From a virus, in the IMG/VR virus record IMGVR_UViG_3300020057_001232, positions 1 through 64,000 of that record: a stretch of DNA of 64,000 nt; one strand, written 5' to 3'. This document shows, one piece after another, positions 46,048 through 55,632 of this stretch. A model generated the notes under the pieces. It was not told where the DNA came from. It saw only the letters and a program-made list of their open reading frames with translations, and searched no databases. Positions within the stretch are counted from its first letter, which is position 1. Each line of letters opens with the position of its first letter. The translations under genes were made by a program, and so were the position numbers.

Positions 46048-46878
46048 TTAGCTCTTATCGTCAACCATGCGGACTTTATGGACAGTAGGTTTGTCTTTCG
46101 GACCTTTTGTGTGGTCCATAACCCACGTCCAGTTGGTGATGCAGTAAGTTCCTTCCCGGTCTTTGCCTAGCTTGTCGGTACCGATAGACCGCCAATGACC
46201 TCTGACCGAGAAGCGGTGGCTGAAGTCGATGGTGCGTCCTAAAGCTTCGTACTCTCGCACTTCGGACTTTGGGCAGACGTGGATAATGCGACGGACTGTG
46301 TGAAAGCGCTTGCCTTGACCAGTACCAATTTTGATCTTTTCCCTGACCTTCTCGACGCCATCACGTTCCCGCTCAAGACGCTTGAAGATGTTTTGAGTCA
46401 GAAGTCCGAACGTGTTCGTATTGATGACCATGATGGTCGGAGCGGAGTTCTCATGCACGATCTCCATTAAAGCATAGTAACAATACTTCTTCGGCTCGAT
46501 CTCCCATACCATCACACAGAGCGTGTTAGCGGGCGTTTCTCCAGGTCTAGCTACAGTGATTTTTCCGCCGAGAATTTCGTAAGAGAAGACGGGGAAAGGT
46601 GCGTCTATCTCAGGGTAAATCAAAGTGTTGCACTGCTCGCAGGTTGTACTTCCGTCTGCGTTGATGGTGGCAGTATGGGACTTGTGCGCTTCAGCCGTTT
46701 CTGGTAGCCATCGCGGCTCGTCGTGCTTAGGCGTAAAGACAAAAACTTCGCACCGCTCGACTTGTTTCCAGAAGTGCTCTTCTAATGTGTTCTGTCCTAA
46801 AGGCTTAGACTTCTCGCTGTCTACGTAGCGAACGCCTTGCTTCTTTACGACTTCGATCATTTGTTTGAAATATTTCAT
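46048..46878 (-). CDS. Conserved phage hypothetical protein
   Basis: C-terminal VRGHWR...WV..H.KGP motif. Confidence 0.6.
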   Translation of the reverse strand: MKYFKQMIEVVKKQGVRYVDSEKSKPLGQNTLEEHFWKQVERCEVFVFTPKHDEPRWLPETAEAHKSHTATINADGSTTCEQCNTLIYPEIDAPFPVFSYEILGGKITVARPGETPANTLCVMVWEIEPKKYCYYALMEIVHENSAPTIMVINTNTFGLLTQNIFKRLERERDGVEKVREKIKIGTGQGKRFHTVRRIIHVCPKSEVREYEALGRTIDFSHRFSVRGHWRSIGTDKLGKDREGTYCITNWTWVMDHTKGPKDKPTVHKVRMVDDKS

Positions 46879-46886
46879 AGCACTCC

Positions 46887-47339
46887 TCAGTCTTCGTAAT
46901 CGTCAAGGTTCCAATTCTGAGGCGGCGTCCAGCCATGCTCTTGCGCCGTTTTTGCCCACTGAGGGTAGACGGGCTTCTTGCCGAGAACGTGACGGATGCG
47001 GTTTTTAGAGTCTTCTGTTTCAGCCACCTCAACCAAATTCAGCTCGTTGATGAGGATCATGATGCTGTTGTGGGAATTACTCATGTAGCACCGACCGAGG
47101 GCGTCGATGGCGTACACTGTGGGAAGTTCCCACCCTATGTGTTTGAGTTCTCCGTGTGTACGTAAAGGCAACACAGGAACTTCGCTATCGTCGTTGACGG
47201 CAAATTCTAGGTCGGAGTCGTTTTGTACCGAAAACCTAAACTGGTTGCGAACGATGTCACCTTCAAGGTTTTCCGCCGTGTACCGGCGCATTGCCTTGAA
47301 TCCTTCTGGTGCTTTGTAGTGGGGGTCAAAAACAATCAT
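46887..47339 (-). CDS. Hypothetical protein
   Basis: AAGGAGG RBS, 150 aa. Confidence 0.5.
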   Translation of the reverse strand: MIVFDPHYKAPEGFKAMRRYTAENLEGDIVRNQFRFSVQNDSDLEFAVNDDSEVPVLPLRTHGELKHIGWELPTVYAIDALGRCYMSNSHNSIMILINELNLVEVAETEDSKNRIRHVLGKKPVYPQWAKTAQEHGWTPPQNWNLDDYED

Positions 47340-47340
47340 G

Positions 47341-47544
47341 TCAAACCTCCTTCACACTGTAAGCTTTGCACTTTTTGCACCGTATTGATTTCACTGTGGC
47401 GTCAGCCCTCAGACAACCCCACCAGCCGGAAGGTGTGCAGACAGGACGAAGTGCGCCGTCATGAAAAGTCAGCACATGCATCCGGTTAGTACGGATTGCC
47501 GTCCCTGCCGAGTCTTTGTGCTTACTGCCTAATACGAGCTTCAT
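47341..47544 (-). CDS. Small Cys-containing hypothetical protein
   Basis: H...C...CKKC pattern. Confidence 0.4.
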   Translation of the reverse strand: MKLVLGSKHKDSAGTAIRTNRMHVLTFHDGALRPVCTPSGWWGCLRADATVKSIRCKKCKAYSVKEV

Positions 47545-47598
47545 ATTGTCCCCTGTATCAAGCGAGACGAAGCAGGGCTTCGTCTCGCCGTCTGCTTC

Positions 47599-48552
47599 TT
47601 AGAGATTGTTGAAGGCATCGGTCAAGTTAAAGGTCGCCTTCTTGCCTGCCGTCACCAATGCTTTTTCCATAGCATTGAGGCGGTCTTCGAGTTCTGCCGT
47701 GCGACCGGACAAGTCCGCTTGATAAGCACGAACACGGGCACGGAGGTTTTTGGCTTCGACTTCACGGTTGTCGATTTTGGCTTTGCTGTCTTCGTTGTCG
47801 TGAAATTTTTTACGAGCACCTTTGTCCATTTTGATGACTTCTTGACGGAAGGTTTCGAGACGGCTGTTCATCTCTTCATAGACGGCATCTTGAACCGCTT
47901 CGTTCGTTGACGGTTCGTTGTAAGCGGGCACGGCATAGACTCGGCAAGTGTCGCCAGGCAAGATGTTGGCGATAGCTTCAAGCTTCTTAATTTGGTCCGT
48001 GTGGTGGTCAGGCACGTAATAGATACCGCTACCACTCTTGTAGGGAACGCCGAAGCATTCGGTGTCGATGACAGCCCGCAGCAGCGCTCCGATTTCGGCA
48101 CTGTCGGAGGTCTTCTGCATACGGCGGTAAGTGTCCAAGATGGAAGCGTTGAACGGTGATTCTGCGCCGAAGGTCACAACGCCGGAGCCTTTTTGCAGGG
48201 TGACGATCACTTCTTTGGTGATGTCATAGTCAGGCACGCCGTCCTGCTTTTCGTACACAGGAAGGATGACGGCGACGACCATGCGCTCTTTCACATCTTC
48301 GAGGCGGCGATAGAAACGCTCGCCTTCGTCTTTCTTAAGAACCTTACGGAGAGCCCGCAGCAAGCTTGCTTTGTAGTCGTTGCGCTTCATGAGGTCAACG
48401 AACGTGCGGGGCGTCTTCGAGTTCGTCTTCTGACCGGGTGCTTGGGCTTGTGCGAGTTTGCCGAGAGCTGCGAGGTGCTTCTCGACGGTGGCACGATCAA
48501 GCTCGGTGTTGCTTTTGATGGTCCAGTGGACGAGTTTGCCTTTGAGTTGCAT
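47599..48552 (-). CDS. Hypothetical protein co-transcribed with the AAA ATPase
   Basis: G.LV.W N-terminus, SG.G.YYVP motif, coiled-coil C-terminus. Confidence 0.6.
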   Translation of the reverse strand: MQLKGKLVHWTIKSNTELDRATVEKHLAALGKLAQAQAPGQKTNSKTPRTFVDLMKRNDYKASLLRALRKVLKKDEGERFYRRLEDVKERMVVAVILPVYEKQDGVPDYDITKEVIVTLQKGSGVVTFGAESPFNASILDTYRRMQKTSDSAEIGALLRAVIDTECFGVPYKSGSGIYYVPDHHTDQIKKLEAIANILPGDTCRVYAVPAYNEPSTNEAVQDAVYEEMNSRLETFRQEVIKMDKGARKKFHDNEDSKAKIDNREVEAKNLRARVRAYQADLSGRTAELEDRLNAMEKALVTAGKKATFNLTDAFNNL

Positions 48553-48576
48553 GATAGTCTCCTCAGTGTTTATAAA

Positions 48577-49611
48577 TTAAAATTCGATTTTTTCTTCTTC
48601 TTTGGTTTTGCCGAGCAGTACCCGCTCCAAGATGCCTTTGACGACGGCTTGGCTTTCTTCGTCGATCCGGCTCAGGAGAATGGAGTCAGCACTCGTCAGA
48701 AGGATGTCGTTGGTATCTTTCGCCGTCAAAGTGCCCTTCTTACGTTTGCTCCTATCGACGTGGCGAAGTAGCATTTGAACCCAATCCTCAAGCTGACGAA
48801 GACCCATTGGTTCAGGCAACTCTTGGCGGAAGAAGCCTTGACGGATGAGGTTTGCGACTTTGACCATCTCCTCTGCGAGCTGCGGCGTGGCTTTCATCCG
48901 TGGGTAACGCTCTGTCAACACGTTTTGCTCGGTGAGCGACGGCAAGTAATCGACGATGTAGATCCGAGCCCGTGTAAGCGTTGCGTAGTTCATCAACTGA
49001 GCACCGGGGTACAGGTGGCGGAAGCTGCTCATTGCACCGACCGTGTTGGCAGTGGCGATGATGCGGAAGTTTTCGTGGGCGACAAGATACTCGTGCCCTT
49101 TCTCTTTCAGCATGAGCTTACGGCGTGGCGAATGCGACTGAACAGGCTCCAAAACATCGTTGAAGGCTGCGAGGATACCGGGATTCACCATGTCGATTTC
49201 GTCGATGATGAGCCACCACCCCTCCCGCATAGCTTTAGGGAGAATGCCGTCCGTCCAAACGGTAGAGCCGTTCATGACAGTGTAACAACCAACAAGCTCG
49301 CTTACGGTCAACGTCTCACCGGCAGGGGCAGCGATGCAGGGTTGGTTGATCCTAGCAGCGATCTGCTTAGCGATGGAGGTCTTGCCCGTACCGGCGTGAC
49401 CGGAAAGGATAACGAAGCGGTCTTCTTTGATGTCAGAAGCAATGTCGAACGTCTTCGGGTGCCATTGGTAAGCAGGGTTGATAGAGGGGACGTTCAAAAG
49501 AGAGTCTCCCGTAGGAGCCCTAACCTCAAACGATACCTCTTCGATCTCGACGTGCATAGCCGGTGCCTGGGTCTCTGTCTTGCGTTGTACGTTGACTTTA
49601 CTTTGTGCCAT
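48577..49611 (-). CDS. MoxR-class AAA+ ATPase (CbbQ/NirQ/CobS-like)
   Basis: GHAGTGKT, W.DG.L..AMREG, IIDEID, FRIIATANT. Confidence 0.85.
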   Translation of the reverse strand: MAQSKVNVQRKTETQAPAMHVEIEEVSFEVRAPTGDSLLNVPSINPAYQWHPKTFDIASDIKEDRFVILSGHAGTGKTSIAKQIAARINQPCIAAPAGETLTVSELVGCYTVMNGSTVWTDGILPKAMREGWWLIIDEIDMVNPGILAAFNDVLEPVQSHSPRRKLMLKEKGHEYLVAHENFRIIATANTVGAMSSFRHLYPGAQLMNYATLTRARIYIVDYLPSLTEQNVLTERYPRMKATPQLAEEMVKVANLIRQGFFRQELPEPMGLRQLEDWVQMLLRHVDRSKRKKGTLTAKDTNDILLTSADSILLSRIDEESQAVVKGILERVLLGKTKEEEKIEF

Positions 49612-49637
49612 GTCGTTTCGCCCCCCTGTTACTCTTC

Positions 49638-49664
49638 TCTTCGGCATCCGGTGGCAAACCTTTA
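49638..49664 (-). promoter_or_regulatory. sigma28 (FliA)-type promoter
   Basis: TAAA-N15-GCCGAAGA. Confidence 0.55.
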
Positions 49665-49792
49665 GGAGGAAAATGCAAAGTACACAAGTGTTTTTATTTA
49701 AGTCCTTGAAAATCAAAGGGTTATAAGAAATAACTTTATTTATTTAAATATCTAGCCGATAAGACCCCTAGTCAGCAAGAAGGAGTCATTGA

Positions 49793-51688
49793 ATGCGTTT
49801 CTTCGAATCCAGCCTTGAGCGAATCGCCCGGATCATTACCCAACAGTACGGGGTTCAAATCCTGTTTGAGGGTTCGCAGGCGTATACGAACGGCAAGAAG
49901 ATCGTTTTGCCTGCCCTTCCTAAGGAAGGTGTTGACGCTGAGTTCGCCTCTGACATCCAAGGCTACCTCGATCACGAAGCTGCCCATTGCATCTTCAGTG
50001 ACTTCACGGTCATGCACAAAATCAAGTCGCAGTATCACCACTACCTCTCCAACCACTGCGAAGACGCCCGCATCGAAGTCCTCATGGTGAAGAAGTATTC
50101 CGGTTGCTCTTTGCACCTCGATCCCCTCAACGACAAGTGGAACAAAATCACTATCGCTAAGTGGGATACCTTAGACCGTCTAACCCGTGCCGCTCTCACC
50201 GTCCGTGCGATCATGGAAGGTCACTCGCCTACCATCGACGCCGACCTCTTGCCGCTTTTCACTTCCAAAGTCATGGTGCTCTCGAAGCTCTTGCGTAAGG
50301 CTGCCACTACGCTTCAAGTCATTAAGATCTGCGGTGCCATCATCAAAGAGTTCGACTCGCAAGTTGGTGAGCAAGAGAAGCAAAAGCAGGAAAAGAAAGA
50401 AGAGAAAAAGAAGCAAAAGCAGAAGCAAGAAGAAGGCAAAGGCGAAAAAAGCGAAAGCGGTAAAGGCAAATCCGAAGATCAAGACGGCAAAGCCGGTGAA
50501 GGTCAAGGCGAGAAAGACGACGGCGAAGGTAAAGACGACGACAAAAAAGACGGCGAAGCCGGTGGCGAAGGTAAACCTGAAGGTGAGTCGAAGGACGGCA
50601 AGGGTGAACAAGGCAAAGCTAGCGGAGTGTCTGCCGCAGAAGAGAAAGAGCTTCTCAACGAGTCCCCCGCACCTGCCAACAATGGTCAAGTGCAGTCCCG
50701 TGAAATGAATAAGTTCGAACCGTCGTCGGAAGCTACCGATATCCATTCGTTCATGGACAAAGAGATCAAAGAAAAAATCGAGGAGCAGAAACCAGCCGCT
50801 ACTCGTAGCTACGATTTTGAAAACGTGGCGCACGTACCAGCGTCTACGGCAGAAGATGTTTTGTACGACCGCACCAAAGACGGTCCAAAAGTTCGCCCAG
50901 AGTACCAAGCTCTTAAGCGTGAAATTAACAGCTCGATTACCAAAACCGTAATTGAGCTAGAGCGCATGTTGAAGGTCAAAGAGAACGCACGGACTGTGTT
51001 CGATCAAGAACGTGGGGCTTTAAATCGTGCTCGTCTCCATTCGCTTATTACTGACCCCAACTTCAGAAGACCGTTCACAGCGAAGACACGAGTCGAAACG
51101 ACCAACGTCTCCATCATGTTCCTTTGCGACGTTTCCGGCTCTATGCGTGAGGGGGATAAAATGGAAAGGTTGCGTGAGACCGTTGCCATTCTCGGCGAGT
51201 CCCTTAAGCAGCTCCGCATTGAATTTGAAGTCATCGGCTTCACCACCGGCACGACAACGAAGTTCCCGAGCTACGACGCTCGCTTAACTCGCCACGAGAG
51301 TCTTCAGCACTATCTCTACAAGTCGTTCGAGAGCGAAGATATGGCTCCGATCATCAACATGACGCCGATGGGTTGTAACTGCGACGGTGAAAGCCTGCGT
51401 TTCGCTGCCCGCCGTCTCTCGGAACGTCGGACTAAGCGTAAGATCATGTTTGTGCTCTCGGACGGGTTCCCTAATCCGTCATGCGGCGGTACCCGCATCA
51501 GAGCCGTTTGGAATGCCGACTTGAAAAAAGCCGTCGCTGAAGTCTCGAAGTTCGGAATAGAAGTGGTGGGCTTCGGCATCCTCACAGACGCCGTAAAGAA
51601 CTTTTACAAAGACTACGTGGTCATCCAAGATGTAACTTCGCTGCTTACCGCAGTGCGGACTAAACTTCGCAAAATCCTCACCGCCTAG
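49793..51688 (+). CDS. CobT-like protein (HExxH domain, charged linker, vWA)
   Basis: AYTNG, DHEAAH, EDARIE; G/K/E/D-rich linker; DVSGSM and LSDG. Confidence 0.8.
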   Translation: MRFFESSLERIARIITQQYGVQILFEGSQAYTNGKKIVLPALPKEGVDAEFASDIQGYLDHEAAHCIFSDFTVMHKIKSQYHHYLSNHCEDARIEVLMVKKYSGCSLHLDPLNDKWNKITIAKWDTLDRLTRAALTVRAIMEGHSPTIDADLLPLFTSKVMVLSKLLRKAATTLQVIKICGAIIKEFDSQVGEQEKQKQEKKEEKKKQKQKQEEGKGEKSESGKGKSEDQDGKAGEGQGEKDDGEGKDDDKKDGEAGGEGKPEGESKDGKGEQGKASGVSAAEEKELLNESPAPANNGQVQSREMNKFEPSSEATDIHSFMDKEIKEKIEEQKPAATRSYDFENVAHVPASTAEDVLYDRTKDGPKVRPEYQALKREINSSITKTVIELERMLKVKENARTVFDQERGALNRARLHSLITDPNFRRPFTAKTRVETTNVSIMFLCDVSGSMREGDKMERLRETVAILGESLKQLRIEFEVIGFTTGTTTKFPSYDARLTRHESLQHYLYKSFESEDMAPIINMTPMGCNCDGESLRFAARRLSERRTKRKIMFVLSDGFPNPSCGGTRIRAVWNADLKKAVAEVSKFGIEVVGFGILTDAVKNFYKDYVVIQDVTSLLTAVRTKLRKILTA

Positions 51689-51692
51689 GAGC

Positions 51693-51959
51693 TTGCGAAT
51701 GCGCCGATACCAAATTCAAATCGAGATCCACGATGAAAATGGGGATCTCGTCCGCATCGAGTATTCCAACTACTCGTCGAGCGACATTCTAACCGAGGAA
51801 GAAATCCTATCGCTGCACATTCCGATGGTCAAAGAAACCGTCGAGGTGCCAAAAAATGGTTACTTCCAGCTTGCGTTCGTCGAAGTCAAAGAAGTCTTCC
51901 GTGTTTACAAAGTTGGCAGAGATGGCTTTGAGGTTCATCCGGCTGAGGAATTTTCTTGA
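51693..51959 (+). CDS. Hypothetical protein
   Basis: ORF directly after the CobT-like gene. Confidence 0.45.
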   Translation: MRMRRYQIQIEIHDENGDLVRIEYSNYSSSDILTEEEILSLHIPMVKETVEVPKNGYFQLAFVEVKEVFRVYKVGRDGFEVHPAEEFS

Positions 51960-52442
51960 GCTTGCCTGCTTGCTTCGGCTTCATCGTACCGTGTCCGTCG
52001 ATCTCAGCCCAATCTCCGGTCTCATCGTTCACGACGAAGCCAGGGATTCTCATTTGTTCCATGTCATGCCAAATATGAGCACTATCTCGAAACGGCAGCT
52101 CTAGCTCGTTACGATTACGTTTGCCGTTGACCCTCGTCGATGACATAGGGACAAACTCAATATGTCCTAGAAAGTGCGTGTAGACGATCCCCATGTCGGC
52201 TACCATGTTGTAGTCACCCATTCCCCGCCAACGAATTTCCAGACGGGGCAAAGGAAGTCCGAGGTTCTCTTTCACGGTCAATGTGCGGAGGTGACGCCAC
52301 CTCTATTCGTCTCTGTAAGCGGCGTTTTCTTTTTCCGCTGCGAGTCGTGCGACTTCGTTTTCTAGCTCGTTGATTTTGTCGTTGAGCCGCTCTGTAACGG
52401 ATGCCATAAGCACCTCCTTTTGTTGGAGGTACAAAGCTACCA

Positions 52443-53189
52443 TCAACCACCAGTGCGGTCAAAGACTGGATAGTTGCCGATGTCGTCGCCGAAGAAAGCT
52501 TGCGGCTGCGACGGGGTTTGACTAAGCCGTCCCTCTTTATCTTCTATGCACGTCTTAACGGAAGCGTAAACATCCCGCCAAGTCGCCACAGGCGTAGCTA
52601 AGGTCTCCACCAAACACGTATCCCAATAGGTGTAGACTTCTTCCGAGCCGCACCCAAAGGATGTTCTGTCTTTCGAGGCAGCAGTCAAAATTATTCTGTT
52701 TGGTTTACGCATGAGCGGTTCAGAGAAAATTCCCGAGTAGCAAGCTGAAATAAGAACGACGGTGGGTCTAGTGCCGCACGTTGCGTCAAGAATGGATGCA
52801 TAGGTCGAAGGGTTCAAACCCGTCTGACCTCTGATGTAGAACTCGCTGCGAGAGCCGTGGGAAGTAATGAAAGCAAAACAGGCGTCCCACGCTCCTAAGT
52901 TGAGATCGGTGAATGCCTGCCTGAAGTTTGCGACAGAGGTTGCCCGCACACCGTTGGTCTGTTGGCTGCTCGACCTCGAAAGCTGCAAGACGTTTTCAGG
53001 TGCAAGACCATCTGCACCCAACAACTCGGCGACTTTCTTTCTTGCATTGTCGAAAGCATTAATGGAGTCGTCGCCTGTCATAAGGACGGCTTTCCAGTTA
53101 AAAAAGCCTCGACTCTCTTGTAAATTGCTAGGATCTGATTGTGCTCCACAGCCTGTCAAAAATAGTAACGCAACGAGCACAACTTTCAT
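52443..53189 (-). CDS. Peptidase C13-like lipoprotein (caspase-hemoglobinase fold)
   Basis: TSHG, ISACYSG and DRTSFGC motifs; lipobox LTGC. Confidence 0.8.
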   Translation of the reverse strand: MKVVLVALLFLTGCGAQSDPSNLQESRGFFNWKAVLMTGDDSINAFDNARKKVAELLGADGLAPENVLQLSRSSSQQTNGVRATSVANFRQAFTDLNLGAWDACFAFITSHGSRSEFYIRGQTGLNPSTYASILDATCGTRPTVVLISACYSGIFSEPLMRKPNRIILTAASKDRTSFGCGSEEVYTYWDTCLVETLATPVATWRDVYASVKTCIEDKEGRLSQTPSQPQAFFGDDIGNYPVFDRTGG

Positions 53190-53191
53190 AA

Positions 53192-53851
53192 CTACTCCCT
53201 ATAAGGGTTCTGTGGGCAGATAGTGATAAGAAGATCTGAACTAAGGATACCATGTTCTTTGTTGCCGACGAAGTAACAGGGGACATCTAGTTTAAAACCC
53301 TTACCAGTGAACATAAGAACTAGACGGTTGATAAATGCGAAGAGTGTGTAGCGCCATCCAGGTATAATATTCTTAAGCAGAGACGGCTCGATGATGGTGA
53401 TGCCGCATTCTTTATAGACCTGCATCGTGGACTCGGTGCAGTAGAGCCGACTAGGGTCTGAGTAGTTGAAGTCGTAGTCTTCATCCAACTCTAAATACTC
53501 TTCGATTTTGTTATGGAGCTTTGTTTCGATCTCAGGCGTGAGATCTTTGTAGCGGAGAACCATGAACTTTTCGTACTGACAAAAGTCTAACCAGTCGATC
53601 ATACGATAAAGAAGCGAACCACGATCATTGATTTCAAAGACGAAGATCTCGTCGCCTTTCATGATTACCATGGCGGCGTGTGAGTATTCACTTTTGCTAA
53701 GTCTAGATACAATCGTACTGAACGGGATGCCGAAGGGACCGTCTGTGTAGCTCTCCCGGACGAGGATGTCCCCTGACTTAAGTCCTAGTTCTTTTAGAAA
53801 GGAAACGATCTTTTTTCTGTTTTTTACTTCCCAAGTTCTTACGGCACTCAT
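53192..53851 (-). CDS. Permuted papain-like NlpC/P60 (YiiX/YaeF) protein
   Basis: GDIL, YSHA, YD.....LYCTE. Confidence 0.75.
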   Translation of the reverse strand: MSAVRTWEVKNRKKIVSFLKELGLKSGDILVRESYTDGPFGIPFSTIVSRLSKSEYSHAAMVIMKGDEIFVFEINDRGSLLYRMIDWLDFCQYEKFMVLRYKDLTPEIETKLHNKIEEYLELDEDYDFNYSDPSRLYCTESTMQVYKECGITIIEPSLLKNIIPGWRYTLFAFINRLVLMFTGKGFKLDVPCYFVGNKEHGILSSDLLITICPQNPYRE

Positions 53852-54117
53852 ATAGCGAAACCCTCGTTTGTTTCTCATTGAAACTAAAGCGAGGGTTTTT
53901 GCAGGGAGTGGGACTAAATCACCGCTGCGGCTTTAACGAGCTGGCTAAGAAGCTTGCCGTCTTCGGTCTTCATAAACCCACCTCCCCAACTGGCGGAATG
54001 ACCGACGCAGATAATGCGGTAGGTCTTTCGATTGCCGTTCCAATCACTTACAGGAGTTTTTTCCGCTGAGGAAGACAATTCGGCTTGACGTAGGCTTCTT
54101 TTTTTGGTCTCATAGAC

Positions 54118-54255
54118 GTGAGGTGGTCCCCTCAGCTTACGTTTACAAGCAAAAGTAGCTCACTTGGTAGAGCAAGACTCGTTCAAAGTTTAGGTAATCG
54201 GTTCAACTCCGATCTATTGCAACAATATAAAACGTAGACAACTTGGACCACCTAC
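54118..54255 (+). ncRNA. Y-RNA-like structured RNA enclosing a tRNA-like domain
   Basis: AGGTGGTCC/GGACCACCT and TACGTTT/AAACGTA outer helices around a cloverleaf; TTGACG upstream; terminator downstream. Confidence 0.5.
54149..54221 (+). tRNA. Atypical tRNA-like cloverleaf (TTC at the anticodon position)
   Basis: GCAAAAG/CTATTGC acceptor with an A-A mismatch; GCTC/GAGC D arm; ATCGG-TTCAACT-CCGAT T arm; G33; no CCA. Confidence 0.6.
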
Positions 54256-54261
54256 TCTCAT

Positions 54262-54287
54262 AACCCGCACGAGCGGGTTTTTCTTTT
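54262..54287 (+). terminator. Intrinsic terminator
   Basis: AACCCGC-ACGA-GCGGGTTTTTCTTTT. Confidence 0.65.
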
Positions 54288-54296
54288 GGTGAAAGC

Positions 54297-55157
54297 ATGT
54301 TGAATTTTACAGCACTAGCCAAACCCGTAAGAGTCGTTGTCCCGATTCTCAACCGCTCTTTTACTTACAACAAGAAGCTTTACAAAATAGGTGTAGACGA
54401 TGGCTGGTGGCAGGTGGAGCTTCAAGGCAATAAAGCGACGGCTATTGAAACACATCTATGGACCGACCCCCCTCGGAATGCTTTACGGGGGGTTAGTTAC
54501 GGCACGAGAGTTGTTTTTTCACATTTTGAAGTGGCTCGCCGCAAATATTCGCTGGACGTTATAGCCCCTCTTGAATTTCCTAATGTTGAAACTTTCGCAA
54601 GTATTTTCGTCATGGTGTGGGAAGATAACCGCACCTACTACGTGATGCCTTGCTACGCAGACTTCAAGACGGTCTACATCAAAGATCTCCTTGACGACAA
54701 TTTAACCCTTGAAAACGTGAAAGAGATAACTCCCGAGCTGCGGACAGTGTTTCTTTTTCATGCACTTGAACGCATCGAGATTCGCAAAAAGCTCGAAGAG
54801 CTTGAGAAGATCAAACATGAAGAGGAAATGAAACAGACCGTAGAAGGTCGCCTTCGGTTTGCCTTTGATCGCTCTGGAGCTACGATCACTGAGTATCACG
54901 TAGGCAATGGTCGCATTGAGGTGACATGGAGCGTTCCGGGAGCAGGCAGTTTCAACTCTGTCCTCGATGACAAAACCTTTATGGTCCTCGAAGCGGGCTA
55001 CTGTATGTCAGGAGATGACCGTCGTCACAACGTCACAAGTATGGTAAAGACGGCGGAAGACTACCACGCACGCCGTCTCGTCCATAGAACTCGTGGTCGC
55101 ACGTTCGACCGCACCTTAGACCCTCACGAGGAACGTGATTATGACTACGACGATTAA
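54297..55157 (+). CDS. Hypothetical protein heading the JAB-E1 operon
   Basis: C-terminal VLEAGYCMSGDD with a candidate conserved Cys; coupled to the JAB gene. Confidence 0.6.
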   Translation: MLNFTALAKPVRVVVPILNRSFTYNKKLYKIGVDDGWWQVELQGNKATAIETHLWTDPPRNALRGVSYGTRVVFSHFEVARRKYSLDVIAPLEFPNVETFASIFVMVWEDNRTYYVMPCYADFKTVYIKDLLDDNLTLENVKEITPELRTVFLFHALERIEIRKKLEELEKIKHEEEMKQTVEGRLRFAFDRSGATITEYHVGNGRIEVTWSVPGAGSFNSVLDDKTFMVLEAGYCMSGDDRRHNVTSMVKTAEDYHARRLVHRTRGRTFDRTLDPHEERDYDYDD

Positions 55158-55632
55158 TGATATGCCGACTTTTCACCGAGAGAGCAGCCTCGTCACGTAC
55201 TCTTCTCTGCCGCAAATTCTGCGGAAGAAGGTGTCGCTAAGCTTAGGCACGCCGGGAACCGTAGAGTTCGACTTCTTAGAAGTGTGGGAGTTCTTCAAAA
55301 AAGTGAAGACGCACGACGACTACGAGTTCTCCAATTGGCAGTTTTTCCACGTCCACCCTCCCGGACTTAACTGTGCGTCGGGGCTTGATATCGAATGTGC
55401 TAAGGGTCTAGCTTTAGCTTTCGGTCACCCGCTCTACTTCAGCATTGTGACCTTTGGAGCCAACGCCGAAGAACGCACGGTAACAAGCTTCGTCGCTTCG
55501 CCAAGCGGGCTAGAGCAGCTCTCTCCTACGAGTAACATCAATTACTTGAAGGCTTCTTATTTAAGCAAGTCAGAAGCCGAAGATCTATATTGGATGAGTT
55601 ACACAAGCGGGGAAGATTTGTGTCAGAAATAA
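55141..55632 (+). CDS. JAB/MPN metalloprotease (deubiquitinase-like)
   Basis: JAMM motif HVHP......S..D. Confidence 0.7.
   Translation: MTTTINDMPTFHRESSLVTYSSLPQILRKKVSLSLGTPGTVEFDFLEVWEFFKKVKTHDDYEFSNWQFFHVHPPGLNCASGLDIECAKGLALAFGHPLYFSIVTFGANAEERTVTSFVASPSGLEQLSPTSNINYLKASYLSKSEAEDLYWMSYTSGEDLCQK

Noticed and set aside
48775-49665. Long antisense ORFs (also 10363-11268, 1575-2276, 50180-50908)
   Set aside because: They lie opposite well-supported genes and show no motifs; most likely codon-bias shadows
48577-51688. Cobalamin biosynthesis (cobaltochelatase)
   Set aside because: No cobN or other cob genes in the window; phage CobS/CobT-like pairs are generic MoxR-vWA modules
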